Source: Hormiphora californensis (taxonomy: Eukaryota; Animalia; Ctenophora). Taken from it: DNA of 64,000 nt. The translations under genes were made by a program, and so were the position numbers. Position 1 is the first letter of the stretch. Every line of letters begins with the position of its first letter. The notes below the pieces were generated by a model. The model was not told where the DNA came from. It did no database searches and worked only from the letters and a program-made list of their open reading frames with translations. The stretch covers positions 1,240,001 through 1,304,000 of the forward strand of contig CM035356.1 in the NCBI GenBank assembly GCA_020137815.1. The letters run 5' to 3'. Positions 21,001 to 33,297 of this stretch are shown one piece after another.

Positions 21001-24000
21001 TTGTTCTTCTTCCTCTTTTCTTTCCGACGGCCCGCTTTGGACTGATTTTTAACTCGTTTTTTCCTCATCAGATAACACTGACTCGGATTTCAGCACTTTG
21101 GTTGCACTGAAAGTTTCAATTTTTTGTTTGTCTTGGGGCCGCAGACCCCAAAACCGGGGCCGACCCCCAATGACCCAGGGGCCAAACCATAGCCCCCGCA
21201 AACATGAGACCCCTGCTGGCAAAAAAAAAAGGAAAACGGGAGATTCACTGTTTAATGCTATCCCTTTCCGCAGCCCTCACAATCACAGGGAAAAAGAATT
21301 TCCAGTGAATGATGATTTGTCGTATGTAGTGCGGTTCTGGGTACCCTTTTTTTTATCCGCCGGAGCCGGGGATGCACCGAAAAAAAGATGCAGCGGGGTT
21401 CCAGGGGGGACAATTTTAATGTGCGGATGAGTCCAGATTTGGGTTTAAACCCCCAAAATTTGGCGGAGGCAGAAGGATTTTTGGGAGAGGATTGTGCGTT
21501 TTCAAGATTTCCAACGGAAGGGCATCCCTCATTTTTCATCAGTAGGTGTAGCCCTATTTGTCATATCTGGCTGGCTAGGGCCACAGAGGAATTCGAAAAG
21601 CAAAGGGGGGCCTCAAATTTAATTGTTTAAATAGGTTGAAAAATTTGAAATCTTTGAATATATGAAAATACTTTATTCTTAGAAATTATATGATGCTCAA
21701 AACCCCCCGAATATACAAGCAGTAAAATTGTTTTAAACCCGCCCCCTCTCTTCTTATTCAACCTCCTCTTACTCTCTCGCTTCCCTTATTTTTCCCAAGG
21801 TTATGAAGACTGAAATTAGGGTTTGAGTGATGAATTGGGGATTTGAGTGAACCCCCGCACATCCAGACATTAGTGACATTTGATACATCTAATTCAGTGT
21901 CTACTCTAAATTCTTTACTGTAACACCCGCACAAACAAACACTCAACAAAACAAACCTAGAATAAGATGACACTTTTATTTACTGTGTACCAACTAAAAG
22001 TAGTTAATAGTTAGTGGGTGGTATAAATGCACGGTTATATGATATTTAGAAATCTTAATTTTAATTTTTAGAGCTGCAAGAAATTCAAAATAACTTACCA
22101 AAAATAAAAATTTTCCCTTAAATTTCTACATATTAGAGGGAAGGGGGTAGGTGTGGTCGAGTTAAGAAATGCATTAGGGATAACTCGAAATTTTAAGGGG
22201 GTGTTTAGCGAAAAAAAGTCTACAGACCAAATTTTACAGCCCGCAAGCCACAAGAAAAGGGACACAAAAGGGCCCCCCGAACCCCCCACCCCAAGGGAAA
22301 AAAACAAAGAAACAAGAAAGAAAGGGATGTGGAGAGAAGAGAGAGGAGAAGAGGAGAAGAAAAAAGGGGAGAAGGAGGGAGGGAGAGAGAGAGAAGAGGG
22401 GGGAAAAAACCCCCCCCCTTGTCCCCCTTTTTTTCTTTTTTCTCCTCCTTCCCTTCCCCTCTATCCTTTTCCTCTCTCTCCCCCCCTCTCTTTTGAGAAA
22501 AAAAACCCTGGGAAAGGTTTTTGGTGAAGGTTGGGGTCGGAATGGGGTTAAAAGGGTTTTTTGGTTGAAGGGATTTGGAGCTGAGCAGCTTTTTTTTGTG
22601 GAAGCGGGGTGAGACATTGGAGGGAAAATTAAGAGAGTATATCTTTAGCTGATGAGCAGAGAGAGAGGAGAGGAGAAGCCCCGGGAAACCAGTGGGGAGA
22701 CGGGGCTCCGAGGGAAGGGGAAAGGGGGATTGAAAAGAGAAAAATTTTTTTCCCCCCCGGGGATTCCGAGGTTTTAAAGGATTGATTTTAAGGGCGGGAA
22801 TGGGTTAAGGATTGAGGAAATTGGCCGGCAAACCCGAAGGGGCAAACCAAAACCAAAACAAAAAGCCCCCGGCCAAAAGGAGAGGGGAAGGGGAAAGAGG
22901 GAGAGAGAGAAGAAAAGGGGAAAAAGGAGGGGGTGAGGCCGGAAAAAAAAAGAAGACCCTTTTTTTCCCCTTTACTCCACACCTCCCCCCAGAGAAAATT
23001 CCCGCCCGATCCTCTCCCTTTTCCCCCCCCCTCCCCTTCCCCGCCAACGGGGATTTTAAAAAAACATGACAAAACAAAAAAATGTTACTCACCAACGGAC
23101 GGCGGAAAAACCCAAATAGTTTTGCCAAAATGACCAAAAAACGACAGGGTAAAGATTTTTGGGAAAGTGACCCTTTTTTTCCCGGAAGGGGGGACAAAAC
23201 CCCCCCCCAAAAGGTTGTGGGGGGGGGACCTGGAAGAACCAAAAGAAGAAAGGGGCCCAAAGGACCTTTTTTCCCCCCCCCTGGGAATAAAGGTAATGGG
23301 GCAGGAAAGGTGTGATTGGGGGAAAAATAATAGGAACCAAATAAAAGTTTCCCCCACAAGGGAGGGCCCCTTTTTGTTTATTAGGGTTAGGCGGGCAGGT
23401 ATATTTCCCCCCACGATTTCCGCACCTTTTTTTTTCCCTCCCTTTTTAAAACCATATTTTTTCCCGTTTTCCCCTTTTCCCCCTTTATTTTAAGCAGGGT
23501 TCCGCCAAACACACGAAAAAATAAGCTGCTCACACAGAGTCCAAACCCATCAATACAAGGCGCAGAGACGTCAAGAAGCAGGAAAACGAGAGCTACGAGA
23601 GAGGAGGAGAAGAGAGCATAGAGACCGAGAGAGAGTGAGAGGGGGCGGTAGAAGCGCGCGAACGGAGGCGAGAGATGATATTCGTCACTCTATCAATACT
23701 GTAGAGCCTTCTCTACTTAGCCGCCTAGACTGCTCTTCGTGATAGACTAGCTTCTCGCTCTCTCTCGCTTCTACATCGCACATCGGTGTGTGATTCAAAG
23801 TTGTACAGTGCACAATACAAATAAAAGTGATTACTTCACTCTGAACGGATCGGCTGGGAAATAGCCCCTATTATAATACGCTTATCAGCGCAGTGACATA
23901 CACGACATGTGTAGAGAGATTTTCGTTAGAATAGTGACTTTTCTCATCATCACATAGGAATGTAGTACATCTGCCCCCCCCCCATGTGTGTGTGTGGGGG

Positions 24001-24400
24001 GGGGGGACCTGGATCAGTAATACACAAAGAAGACACAGACCACTATATGAGATCCTTCTCTCTCCCCCTCTCTCTACCATCGGTGAGATACAAGGATAAT
24101 GGAGAGACGAGAGAGAGAGAGAGATGTCGAGTGACTGGGAGACGAAAGTAAGGTAGAGAGGACGAAAAGTGAGAGAGCAGTCTCTCCCTCAACACACTGG
24201 GACGCTCGTGTTTATGTAGCGGTAGTGCGCGTGCGGTATATCGCTGCGCGCATTCTTATGAGCAAAGTAAGAGATGTGAGCAGCGCGTCATCTGGTGGTC
24301 CCGAAAAAGAGGAGCCTTGGATTTGCTCCAAATGTGCCCCCCTCCCCTCCTTTCAACTCTCCGCCTCTCTCTCCTTCTCATGCATACCATTACCCCTCAG
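21000..24400. other. Low-quality, homopolymer-inflated sequence
   Basis: Abrupt excess of G/A/C/T runs and no coherent ORFs, typical of unpolished long-read consensus. Confidence 0.75.
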
Positions 24401-25871
24401 TCTGGATCTAATGGACCTCATTGTCCTATTCACTACACACCCACTCTCTAAGTGCATAGGGGTGGAGCCACTGCACTTAAGTTGAATCATTCTAAGAATT
24501 TCATAGACGGGCGATATAACTCACAAACTGGTTATCTAACATCTCTTCTCTCTACAGTGGTGGAGGGAATATAGTGCTCAGTAATCCGAATCCCGATAAT
24601 GGAGAGAGGGATGCTGAAACGATAGCCCTGGCAAACTCAAAACTTACAGAAGACCCATTTGAAATCAGTAAGTTTAGAGAGCGTAGGTAACCGCTTTACC
24701 TCTCTTTCTCTTTGCAATCTGCATTGGTATGTCTGGCGGCGCCAGACCCCGATTTGACAGGGCATCAGCATAGTACATACTAAAATATATGAACTTTCTA
24801 CTACTAGACTATTGCTTAACCCCTTTCTTCTCCTATTTTGGGTGGTTCCCAGACAAACCACTAAACCACCTCCTCCTCCTCCTAGAGACGAGTGGATCGC
24901 TGAAGGGGGAAGAAAAAAGAAAGTTCGATGATATATCAAAACAGATGATGCCAGAACGCATGAAGTTCCTGGTGATATTAAACGCTCTCCGACGAGATGC
25001 TAAACAGATAAACATTGAATCAGAAATATTCGATACATACAGGTAATAACGTTGGAAGATTGGAGAATTGTCTGGCACAATTTCTAAACTACATAACGTC
25101 TACAAGTCTGCCACTATTTCTAAACTACATATAACAGAAGTCAACAATTTCTAAAACTTCTTCGAGAATATTACCCCTATTTCTAAGACAGCTACAACAC
25201 CCCAACAACAAACCGTCTCTCTCTCCCCAGGCGATGTATCCACGAGTTATCTCGGTTTTTATATCTTGTGAACCACTCTCCGGAGGGTCAGGTTCCCGAT
25301 GATGGGTTATTGCTCACTCAGTGGGCCTCACAAATCCTCTCTATCTACGACAATGAGAACAGGGTATGATACACAGAATGAAGTTCAAGATATATATAAT
25401 ATATATGTTCATGAACTGTCCATAATAATACCCGTAAAAGTGGCTTGATGAGCTGTGCAATGTGCATAATACTACCAGTAGGCAGTAAAAGGGGCTTGAT
25501 AAATAACGTGTTCTCACCTCCCTCTCCCTCTCTCTCCACAGATAATAGCTATACCGTACAGTTATCTGGATATCGATCTAGATTCCCCCACGGAGGGATT
25601 CCCAATCCAACAACTGCGGGCCAGCATGCGAGCTCAGAGGCGTGATTCATACGGTAGCAGTAGTGAGGCGAGCTCAATCAATGATATCCGAGTCGATGTG
25701 AGTATTGAGTATTATCTCAGTCTGGTTTGGTTTGCTCAGATCTGTGAACAGTGTCCCCATCAGTGATCCTGTGAGTTATAGTCCGATTCATGATTGTACT
25801 TGTTGAGTAAGCAGCACCCCTTACTCAACAAGATAATTATACAGTTGTTAAACAATATTCTTGTATTTCAG

Positions 25872-26211
25872 TTGGAATCCGAGGATGAAGAGTTAGCTGT
25901 CAGCAATCCATATGAAGATGTAAGTTATGTACTGTCACCTTATTTCTAATATAGGGCAACAGATATTCTTCTCGTAACCTCCTGTACACAGTAAAGTGCA
26001 CAGTTTTACACTGTACCCGTTGTTCCCCAAAAACTTTTTGAATTGTTCATATTTTTTTGTAGTGCGGAACATTTACACAGTGTCAGGAGACTCAATAAAT
26101 ACTCCCTTTTTTCAGGTTGAAGAAGGAGGTCAGTTCCGTCATGAGTCGGACCCTGTCCAGTTCAGTAAACTGAGCAAGGATAACGAATACTACTTGCAGC
26201 AAGAGAGATAA
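25872..26211 (+). CDS. Terminal exons (25872-25919, 26116-26211) of a gene with a Tyr-containing tail, possibly the membrane protein of 9716-9827
   Basis: Canonical phase-0 splice sites join LESEDEELAVSNPYED to VEEGGQFRHESDPVQFSKLSKDNEYYLQQER*. Further candidate exons lie at 24.5-25.7 kb. The link to the TM exon is inference. Confidence 0.5.
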
Positions 26212-26218
26212 AGACAAT

Positions 26219-26294
<76 letters not shown>
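26219..26294. repeat. (GA)n microsatellite; others at about 32975-33305, 59031-59144 and 63750-63820
   Basis: Seen directly in the sequence. Confidence 0.95.
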
Positions 26295-26298
<4 letters not shown>

Positions 26299-26303
26299 GT
26301 GTC

Positions 26304-26479
26304 GCTTGTAGTGGAGAAACGGTATCGAAACACCGTACACAGACGCACACTTTACGTTGCGTGCGGGTAATTAACACATATTCATCCTGATCTAGCTCAA
26401 AAAAGTGCTTAATTACCCGTGCACAACGTAAACGGTGCGTCTGCACACGGTGTTTCAATACCGTTTCTCCACTACAAGC
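26304..26479. mobile_element. Palindromic MITE-like element
   Basis: About 75-bp imperfect inverted arms, GCTTGTAGTGGAGAAACGGTAT… / …ATACCGTTTCTCCACTACAAGC. No clear TSD. Confidence 0.7.
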
Positions 26480-27276
26480 AGCCGAGAGAGAGGAAAATCA
26501 GAGGTTGTAGTGTAGCAAATCATGCATGTTTTCCTTTTTATCATCAGACAGAAGATAGTTGAGCTGCCAAATCTAAAAAAATGTGATAAAATGATTCACG
26601 TGTATCTCAGTAGTAGTTTTTTTCTGATTTTAGTTCGGGCTGCAGAACATGGGTTGTGTGTTTTTTTTTCTTTGTCTGTGTGTCTGTGTGTGTATTGCAG
26701 GTCGAAGAACGTTTAGTATTGCAGGGGGCCACGACACCGGGGAAAACTTCCGCGTTGTGGCCACTGTATTGGAAGTGATGAAGGAGAAGTTATACAATAT
26801 TAACAACAGATCGGTTCAGATTTTTATTCAAGGTCTTGGTTGTCAGGTGCAAAATTGAGTTTGATTCGGTTTATGAGGTCAGGCCATGTACAAATTATCC
26901 CGGAATTCCGACTAATTTGTACACGGCCTTACCGCGGAACAAGTAGAATTTTCTTCTTTGAGGGTAGATTGGTGAGCGGTTGGGTCCTGACTGTCTGGCG
27001 GCACTGATCCTATCTGAGCAATCAAAACAGGGTCGGCTCTGCCAGACAGTAATAATCTGACAACCAACCCAAAAACTTTCTGTTTCAAAAACTCACACCT
27101 TTCTGTTTCGTTATAACTCGTTAGATTTATAAATTCCTGAATTCATTTCATAATAACCGTCTTTTATTTGTGATAATATCCCGCTGGCCGTCTGCAAAAG
27201 TGGATCGTTTTTAGGGGTTGTTTATTTGTACACAATGAGCGTATGCGAAAATATGAACTTTATGCCGCTTTTTTCA

Positions 27277-27370
27277 CGCGCGCATTTAAGATTTTCACGC
27301 CGCGCGGTGAGAAAAACGAAAATAAAAAAACTTCAAAATAAAAAATCAGCTCGCGAAAAATCCGCGCGGT
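27277..27370 (+). promoter_or_regulatory. Putative promoter (CGCG clusters with poly-A/T tracts)
   Basis: Local CGCG enrichment just upstream of the SPATA7-like ATG. The same signature occurs at 38625-38740. Confidence 0.45.
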
Positions 27371-27464
27371 TTTTGTTTCCAGTTTCGGCTTTCGCTTTCA
27401 TCCGTGTCGAAACCCCAAACGACAGACATCATCTTCTTTGAAAGCTCCAGATCTGATAGAAATT

Positions 27465-28602
27465 ATGGAGGAGGTAAAACTGAGTAAGATCAGCCATCTT
27501 TGTACGAAAAGTTCGGTTTTTCAACCAACGAGAATGAATGCCGGGGGACAGCAGGAGGTTTATCGGCACATGAAGCGACACTACGACAGATTAAAAACTG
27601 TCGCATCTGCAACAGACACTTCACCGCCCCGGAGTATGGTCTCCTCCACACTATGTTAGTTAAACTTGAGTCTTGAAACTTGAAACTCACTTTGGAATGT
27701 TTGGTACAGAATGAATCTATCACGCCTGCAGTAGCCCTAGAAAAATCAACGGAACTAAAACTATATTATTTTAGCACGAGATAGAACCCGTAAACAGCCC
27801 TCTGTTAACGATTTCCCACTCCCTGTCACATCTCGGTTTATGGAGGAGCAAATTCTGGAGCGGAACTTCAATAACGAGCTGATTTCTCTACCGACAAAAG
27901 ACTCTGACATTCAGAGTGTCCTGAGAAATGTCCCAGAATTGGCCAACATCGTCAAATTCAAATCTCGTGAGTTAGTCATCTGCATTTTACACTACTGAGT
28001 ACATATATTTCTTGTTGTGTAATAGTTATACCCCCAGAGAGTGAGAGGAGTATTGTTGAAGTGGATTGTGGGGCAGCTGCTGGGAACGTTAACAGGGTGC
28101 GTGACGTGCCAACTAACAAGAACGCTGCATCTGCTGCCGGTTCTGATAACAAGATATCTCGAGTTGTAAAGAGTATCGATACTTCGACACTGTGAGTCTA
28201 ATCACTACTTCGAGTGTTGAAACAAATTAGTATGGGCTTGTCTGAGTGAGTGGTGTTGTTAACAGTTTTACCCCTGGACCCCCCTCTGGCCATAACACTT
28301 ATTGCACCCACAGGGATCTAGAGGGACAATACTTAAAGTTTGTTCAGGATATCACCCGGGAAATCCTTATCTCTAACATTACATCGGACAGGTACTAAGT
28401 GTGTCGGTTCATTATCCAGTGACAGTTGTGATGTTTGTGTCGCTGCTCAGCATTTTCACCCTTCACTACCCTCAAATACCTCTCCTTCAGAGCCCTAAAG
28501 ATGTTGTTTGAGCGGCACTTGACAGCTAACTCAGACAAACTAAACCACGCTATAATGCAGCTGAAGATCGAGGAACTAAAGGACAAACTGAATATCCCGT
28601 AA
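27465..28602 (+). CDS. SPATA7: SPATA7-like ciliary protein (multi-exon)
   Basis: N-terminal SHLCTKSSVF…HMKRHYDRLKTVASATDTSPP and C-terminal YLKFVQDITREIL…SDRALKMLFERHL…LKDKLNIP* resemble the two conserved SPATA7 blocks. GT-AG introns. Confidence 0.7.
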
Positions 28603-29330
28603 TAGATCCCTTATATGTAAAGACCAGAGCAGTTATCACTAAATACTTTTTTTCCAGAAGCCAGAAACATTGTGTGTATGTATTTTATACCTTTTATACC
28701 CCCCTGTATTATACCACTTTTTTGTTAGCCATACTTCCTAGTTACAACGTGTAAATAACAACCTGTATTATATGAACTGTACAAATATACTATGTTTATG
28801 ATTTTTATTACTCATCAATTATTATTATTATGCTAATATGATTATATATTTTGTGTTTGAAAACTTACATTGTTTAATTGTGTCATTACTCATATATTCC
28901 CCATCATATTTCAGTGATCCTTTATTACTTCTCATCTCTCAATATATGGCTGCTGCTCTCATTATAGCAGTGTCCATTATCTAATAGTCCTTAGCGACTG
29001 GCGTGTACTAATGTATTAATGTAATGGATACAAAGATAATTCAACCTATTGAGGTGCCACATAAGTAATTATCTCAAAATAGTCTCTACTTTGAATTGGT
29101 CACAGTGTCAGCTGCGAATCAACCTTTACTCTATATTCTCTACTTCCATAGAATCTTTCTAGAATCTTTCTGACAAAGCAAGCAAAAGCAAATAACCGAC
29201 CCTGTCCCTTGTTTTAGTTTGTACCAAATCAACCCCATCAATCACATCTCACCGTTTGAACTGGTCAACCCTCTTCTCTGTCCTCCAAGTATCTCAAAAT
29301 ATTTCACCCTTTTAGTAGCGTGTGTTCAGT

Positions 29331-29803
29331 ATGTCGGCGAATGATATTCACTACAGCGACAAGTACGCTGATACAACATACGAATATCGGCACGTCACCC
29401 TCCCCCGGGACATCGTAAAACGCATGCCAAAGAGGTATAACAGTCAGGGGTAGTGGGTACTAGGTATTTAGAGGGTACTACTATATTTAGTGCGTGGGTA
29501 CTGGGTGGGTTTCAGTTCCGGATTTCTCACGGTCTAAAGAAGTGAGATCTCTGAGCTCAGGGTGGTACTGCATGTTCCTATAATTCTCTATGATGCTATC
29601 CTAAAGATGTGAGTTGTGACGCTCGTTTAGTTCCTATAATTCTCTATGCTCCATCTCTCTTTCTCAGGCTGATGACGGAAGAAGAGTGGCGTAGGTTGGG
29701 AGTCCAACAGAGTCGTGGCTGGGAACACTATATGATCCATGCTCCCGAACCAAACATTCTCTGCTTCAGACGATCCCTCACTTATGTCCAAGCCAACCAG
29801 TGA
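29331..29803 (+). CDS. CKS1: Cyclin-dependent kinase regulatory subunit (exons 29331-29434, 29668-29803)
   Basis: [20 protein letters not shown]…[35 protein letters not shown]. Confidence 0.96.
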
Positions 29804-30307
29804 GACACCATAGACACCTTTTTTTCTAGGAGTTACCAATCTTGGTGTTAGAAAGTGACAAAGAGGAGATATTGCCCTCTTTTTTTGGGTGGAATGATGT
29901 GTGACGATGTAACCATGGTAACCATGGTAACGTGACGATGTAACCATGTAACCATGGTAACGAGATCGAAGCGGTGTTTTGTATATTACACAGTTTACAC
30001 ACATGCAATTTACAAATATTATCAAATATCAAATATATATTCCCAGTGTGTCAAAAAATGTATTTCCTTCTTTAGCTTCAATATATCTACAATTTAGATG
30101 CATATTTACCAATAAATTTATTTAGAAGTGTATTTGATTATTTCTCAGGAAGTCTCTCAAATACCATTTGTTCAAAGAACATACATCTCCTGAAAATGAT
30201 CCTAGTAGTCTGATATTATCTATGTAGTGTGTTTCAAAAGTTCATGTTTTTCCATTTTTTCCATTAAACCGATGACATTTCATGCTTGCTCATTCCCGTC
30301 AAATAAT

Positions 30308-30600
30308 TCCCAATATCTCCCTTCCCAACCCAATATCTCCCTTCCCAACCCAATATCTCCCTTCCCAACCCAATATCTCCCTTCCCAACCCAATATCTCC
30401 CTTCCCAACCCAATATCTCCCTTCCCAGACCAATATCTCCCTTCCCAGACCAATATCTCCAGCCAATCCAATATCCCCCTTCCCAGACCAATATCTCCAG
30501 TAGCCAGTTGATTAATTCCCAACCCAATATATCTCCCTTCCCAAGTCCCGATATCTCCCTTCATAATCCCCCTTCCCAAGTCCCGATATCTCCTTCCTAA
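30308..30600. repeat. 20-bp minisatellite (CCCAATATCTCCCTTCCCAA) just upstream of the eIF5B ATG
   Basis: About 6 near-perfect copies followed by degenerate ones. Confidence 0.92.
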
Positions 30601-30642
30601 TCCACCTTTCCAGTAGCCAGTTGAACCCTATGATTGGTCTGA

Positions 30643-33019
30643 ATGGGAAAGAACAAGAGAAACAAACGTCAAGACATCGACCTCGGTCTACCCGATTCTG
30701 ACAACTCGTAAGTGTATAATCCACGGGGTATCATGATATATCAGGGTTCAGTCACCAGGGTAGAGTGTGTTATTTCTAATTGCCAATTTATCCCCTGTTT
30801 CCTATATAGTTTGATTAAATTGATCTCAACTTTCCCAACAAATGTCCCTGCTCTCCTTCTGGCTTCTTTTTCACCAACCGTGGTACTATGCGCTCCCTCC
30901 CCTCTTTCAGTACACCCCACTCTTCTCCAATCTCTCTTTAACACCCCATCTCCATTCAGGGACGATGGAGATGTAGGAGCCCCTGCAGCACCTGTCAGCA
31001 GGTTTGGTAACCTGCCAACTGGTGACACTTCCTCAGATGAGGCTGCCCCACCCGTACCTGCTCCCAAGAAGAAGGGCAAGAAAAAGGGAGCAGTCAATGC
31101 ATTTGCTCTACTAGGTAACATACAAGTCTCCAATCATATTTCAAGAATATAACAGATCAAGGCATTTTAATAGTTCACACACCCGCACACACTCTAAATA
31201 TTTCCTCCCAACAGTCCTCCCCTCTTGATTTTCCTCAGAACAGTACTCCGGTCTCAGTAGTCAGTACCTAGAGAGTAGAGAAGATAACAGTCCCCTTTCA
31301 TCAGGTGGAGATGATGAGGATGAGAGTAGTATTAGTGAGAAGGTGGAGGAGATGAAGATAGCTGAACCTGTCGAGGCAGCTGTAGTAGACCCCTTTGCTG
31401 AGGAGGATAGTGCTGAAGAGGATAAGAGAAAGAAGAAGAAGGGAGGGAAGAAGGCCGCTCCTCCTCCTGCCGTTGATGGTCAGTTGAATATTCTGGAATA
31501 GTGGAGGGTGTTAGTTTTGTGTTTTGATATAATCCGACCCGATTCATGAGTTGAACCTAGTTTTTCACAACCGTTATCTCTCTATATGATGATGATGATA
31601 TCTCTACCTCTCTACCTGTTATACCTCTCTACCTGTTATCTCTGTACAGGTGGTGGTGAGACAGGAACGGTAAAAACCAAGGCCCAGAAGGCTGCAGAGA
31701 AGAAAGAGAAGGAGAGGAAGAAGAGAGAGCAGGCAAAAGCAAAGAAGACTGCTGAGGATGATGAGTTTGCGGCAGCTCTGGCTGATGCTGGGGTTGTAGT
31801 TGCTGATGACTATGTTGAAGAAAAGAAGGTTCGTTTTGGTTCGTTTTGGTTACCATTATCTTTCTATCTCTCTTTCTATATCCGTCTGTTATCCATTTTT
31901 CTCTTTCTCTCTCTTTCTTTCTATCTCTCTCTCTCTCTCTGTCACTCCCTCTTCGTGGTCGTCTCCAATCAATCAGAAGTTCTATTTGCGTCAGCCAATG
32001 AATAATACTGTTCAGTCAGTTATTAGAGAGATAGCGATACCAATATCGAATCAGATAGAGTTCGTCAGAGATTCGATAGGTAGAAAAGTCAAAAATTTAA
32101 GACGTGGAAAAAACTAGAACTGGAGAGTTAGTGAGAGTAACAGTACATTTTGTCAAGTGACAGTCAAATATCAAACTAAAGATTACATCCAGTACATCCA
32201 AACCCTACCCCCTAATTGACACGTTTTTGGCATCGGGCCAATCTAGCAGCACAGATTCCCTAGTTGTGTTGACTTCCTAGCAACCGTCCCTTCCCGGTAT
32301 ATCCTTGTTACTAACGGTCAATAATTTCAGAGCAAGAAAAAGAAGAAAAAGAAGGCAGCAGAAGTAGAGGAGGGAGAAAAACCAGCTGCTGAAATACCCC
32401 CAACAACTACACCAACTACTGAAGATGCTGCTAAACCTGCTACTGAAGAGGAGAAGGGAGGAGAGCAGCCAACTGCAGTGCAACCTGCTGCTGGTGATGA
32501 GGGTGGTGATGGTGGTGGGGAGGAGGAAGCAGGTTTGTTAGTTTTACATTACCACTCTTTTCAACCTCACATTTCACAACAACACCACATTACCACTCAC
32601 ACCTCTTTTCAACCTTGCATTTCACAACAACAACACATTATTACCACCCACACCTCTTATCAACCTCGCATTTCACAACAACACCACACTACCACCCACG
32701 TCCCACACCTCTTTTCAAACTCTACAACAACAGAACTAAATTACTGATATATCTTGCCTTGCTCGACCCTCTAGAGAACGTAACAACTAAAACAAAAGCA
32801 AAGTAACAAAAGTAAAAGTATATCCTTGTTTCAGGAGGGAAGAAGAAGAAAAAGAAGAAGAAGAAGGGGGCTGCTGCTGAGCCTGCTGAGAAGAAACCTT
32901 CCGCCATGGGCCGCCTCCTCAAGGAGAGACAAGAACTGATGAAAAAAACAGGAAGGAAACAAAGGACGAGGGCGAGAGGAGAGAGGTAGAGAGAGAGGAG
33001 AGAGAGAGAGAGCGAGAAG

Positions 33020-33067
<48 letters not shown>

Positions 33068-33239
33068 AGAGTAGAGAGAGCGAGAGAGAGAAAGGAGGGA
33101 GAGAGAGAGAGAGAGCGAGAGAGAGGGAGAAGCGAGAGAGAGCGAGAGGGAGAGAGAAGAGAGAGCTCGGATAAAAAAACAGGAGAGGTCGTCACGGCAA
33201 AGCTAGAGAACTAGCACTCTCTCTCTCTCTCTCTCTCTA

Positions 33240-33297
<58 letters not shown>

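Noticed and set aside
21098-23493. Many overlapping G/K/P/F-rich ORFs
   Set aside because: They are products of homopolymer-inflated, low-quality sequence.
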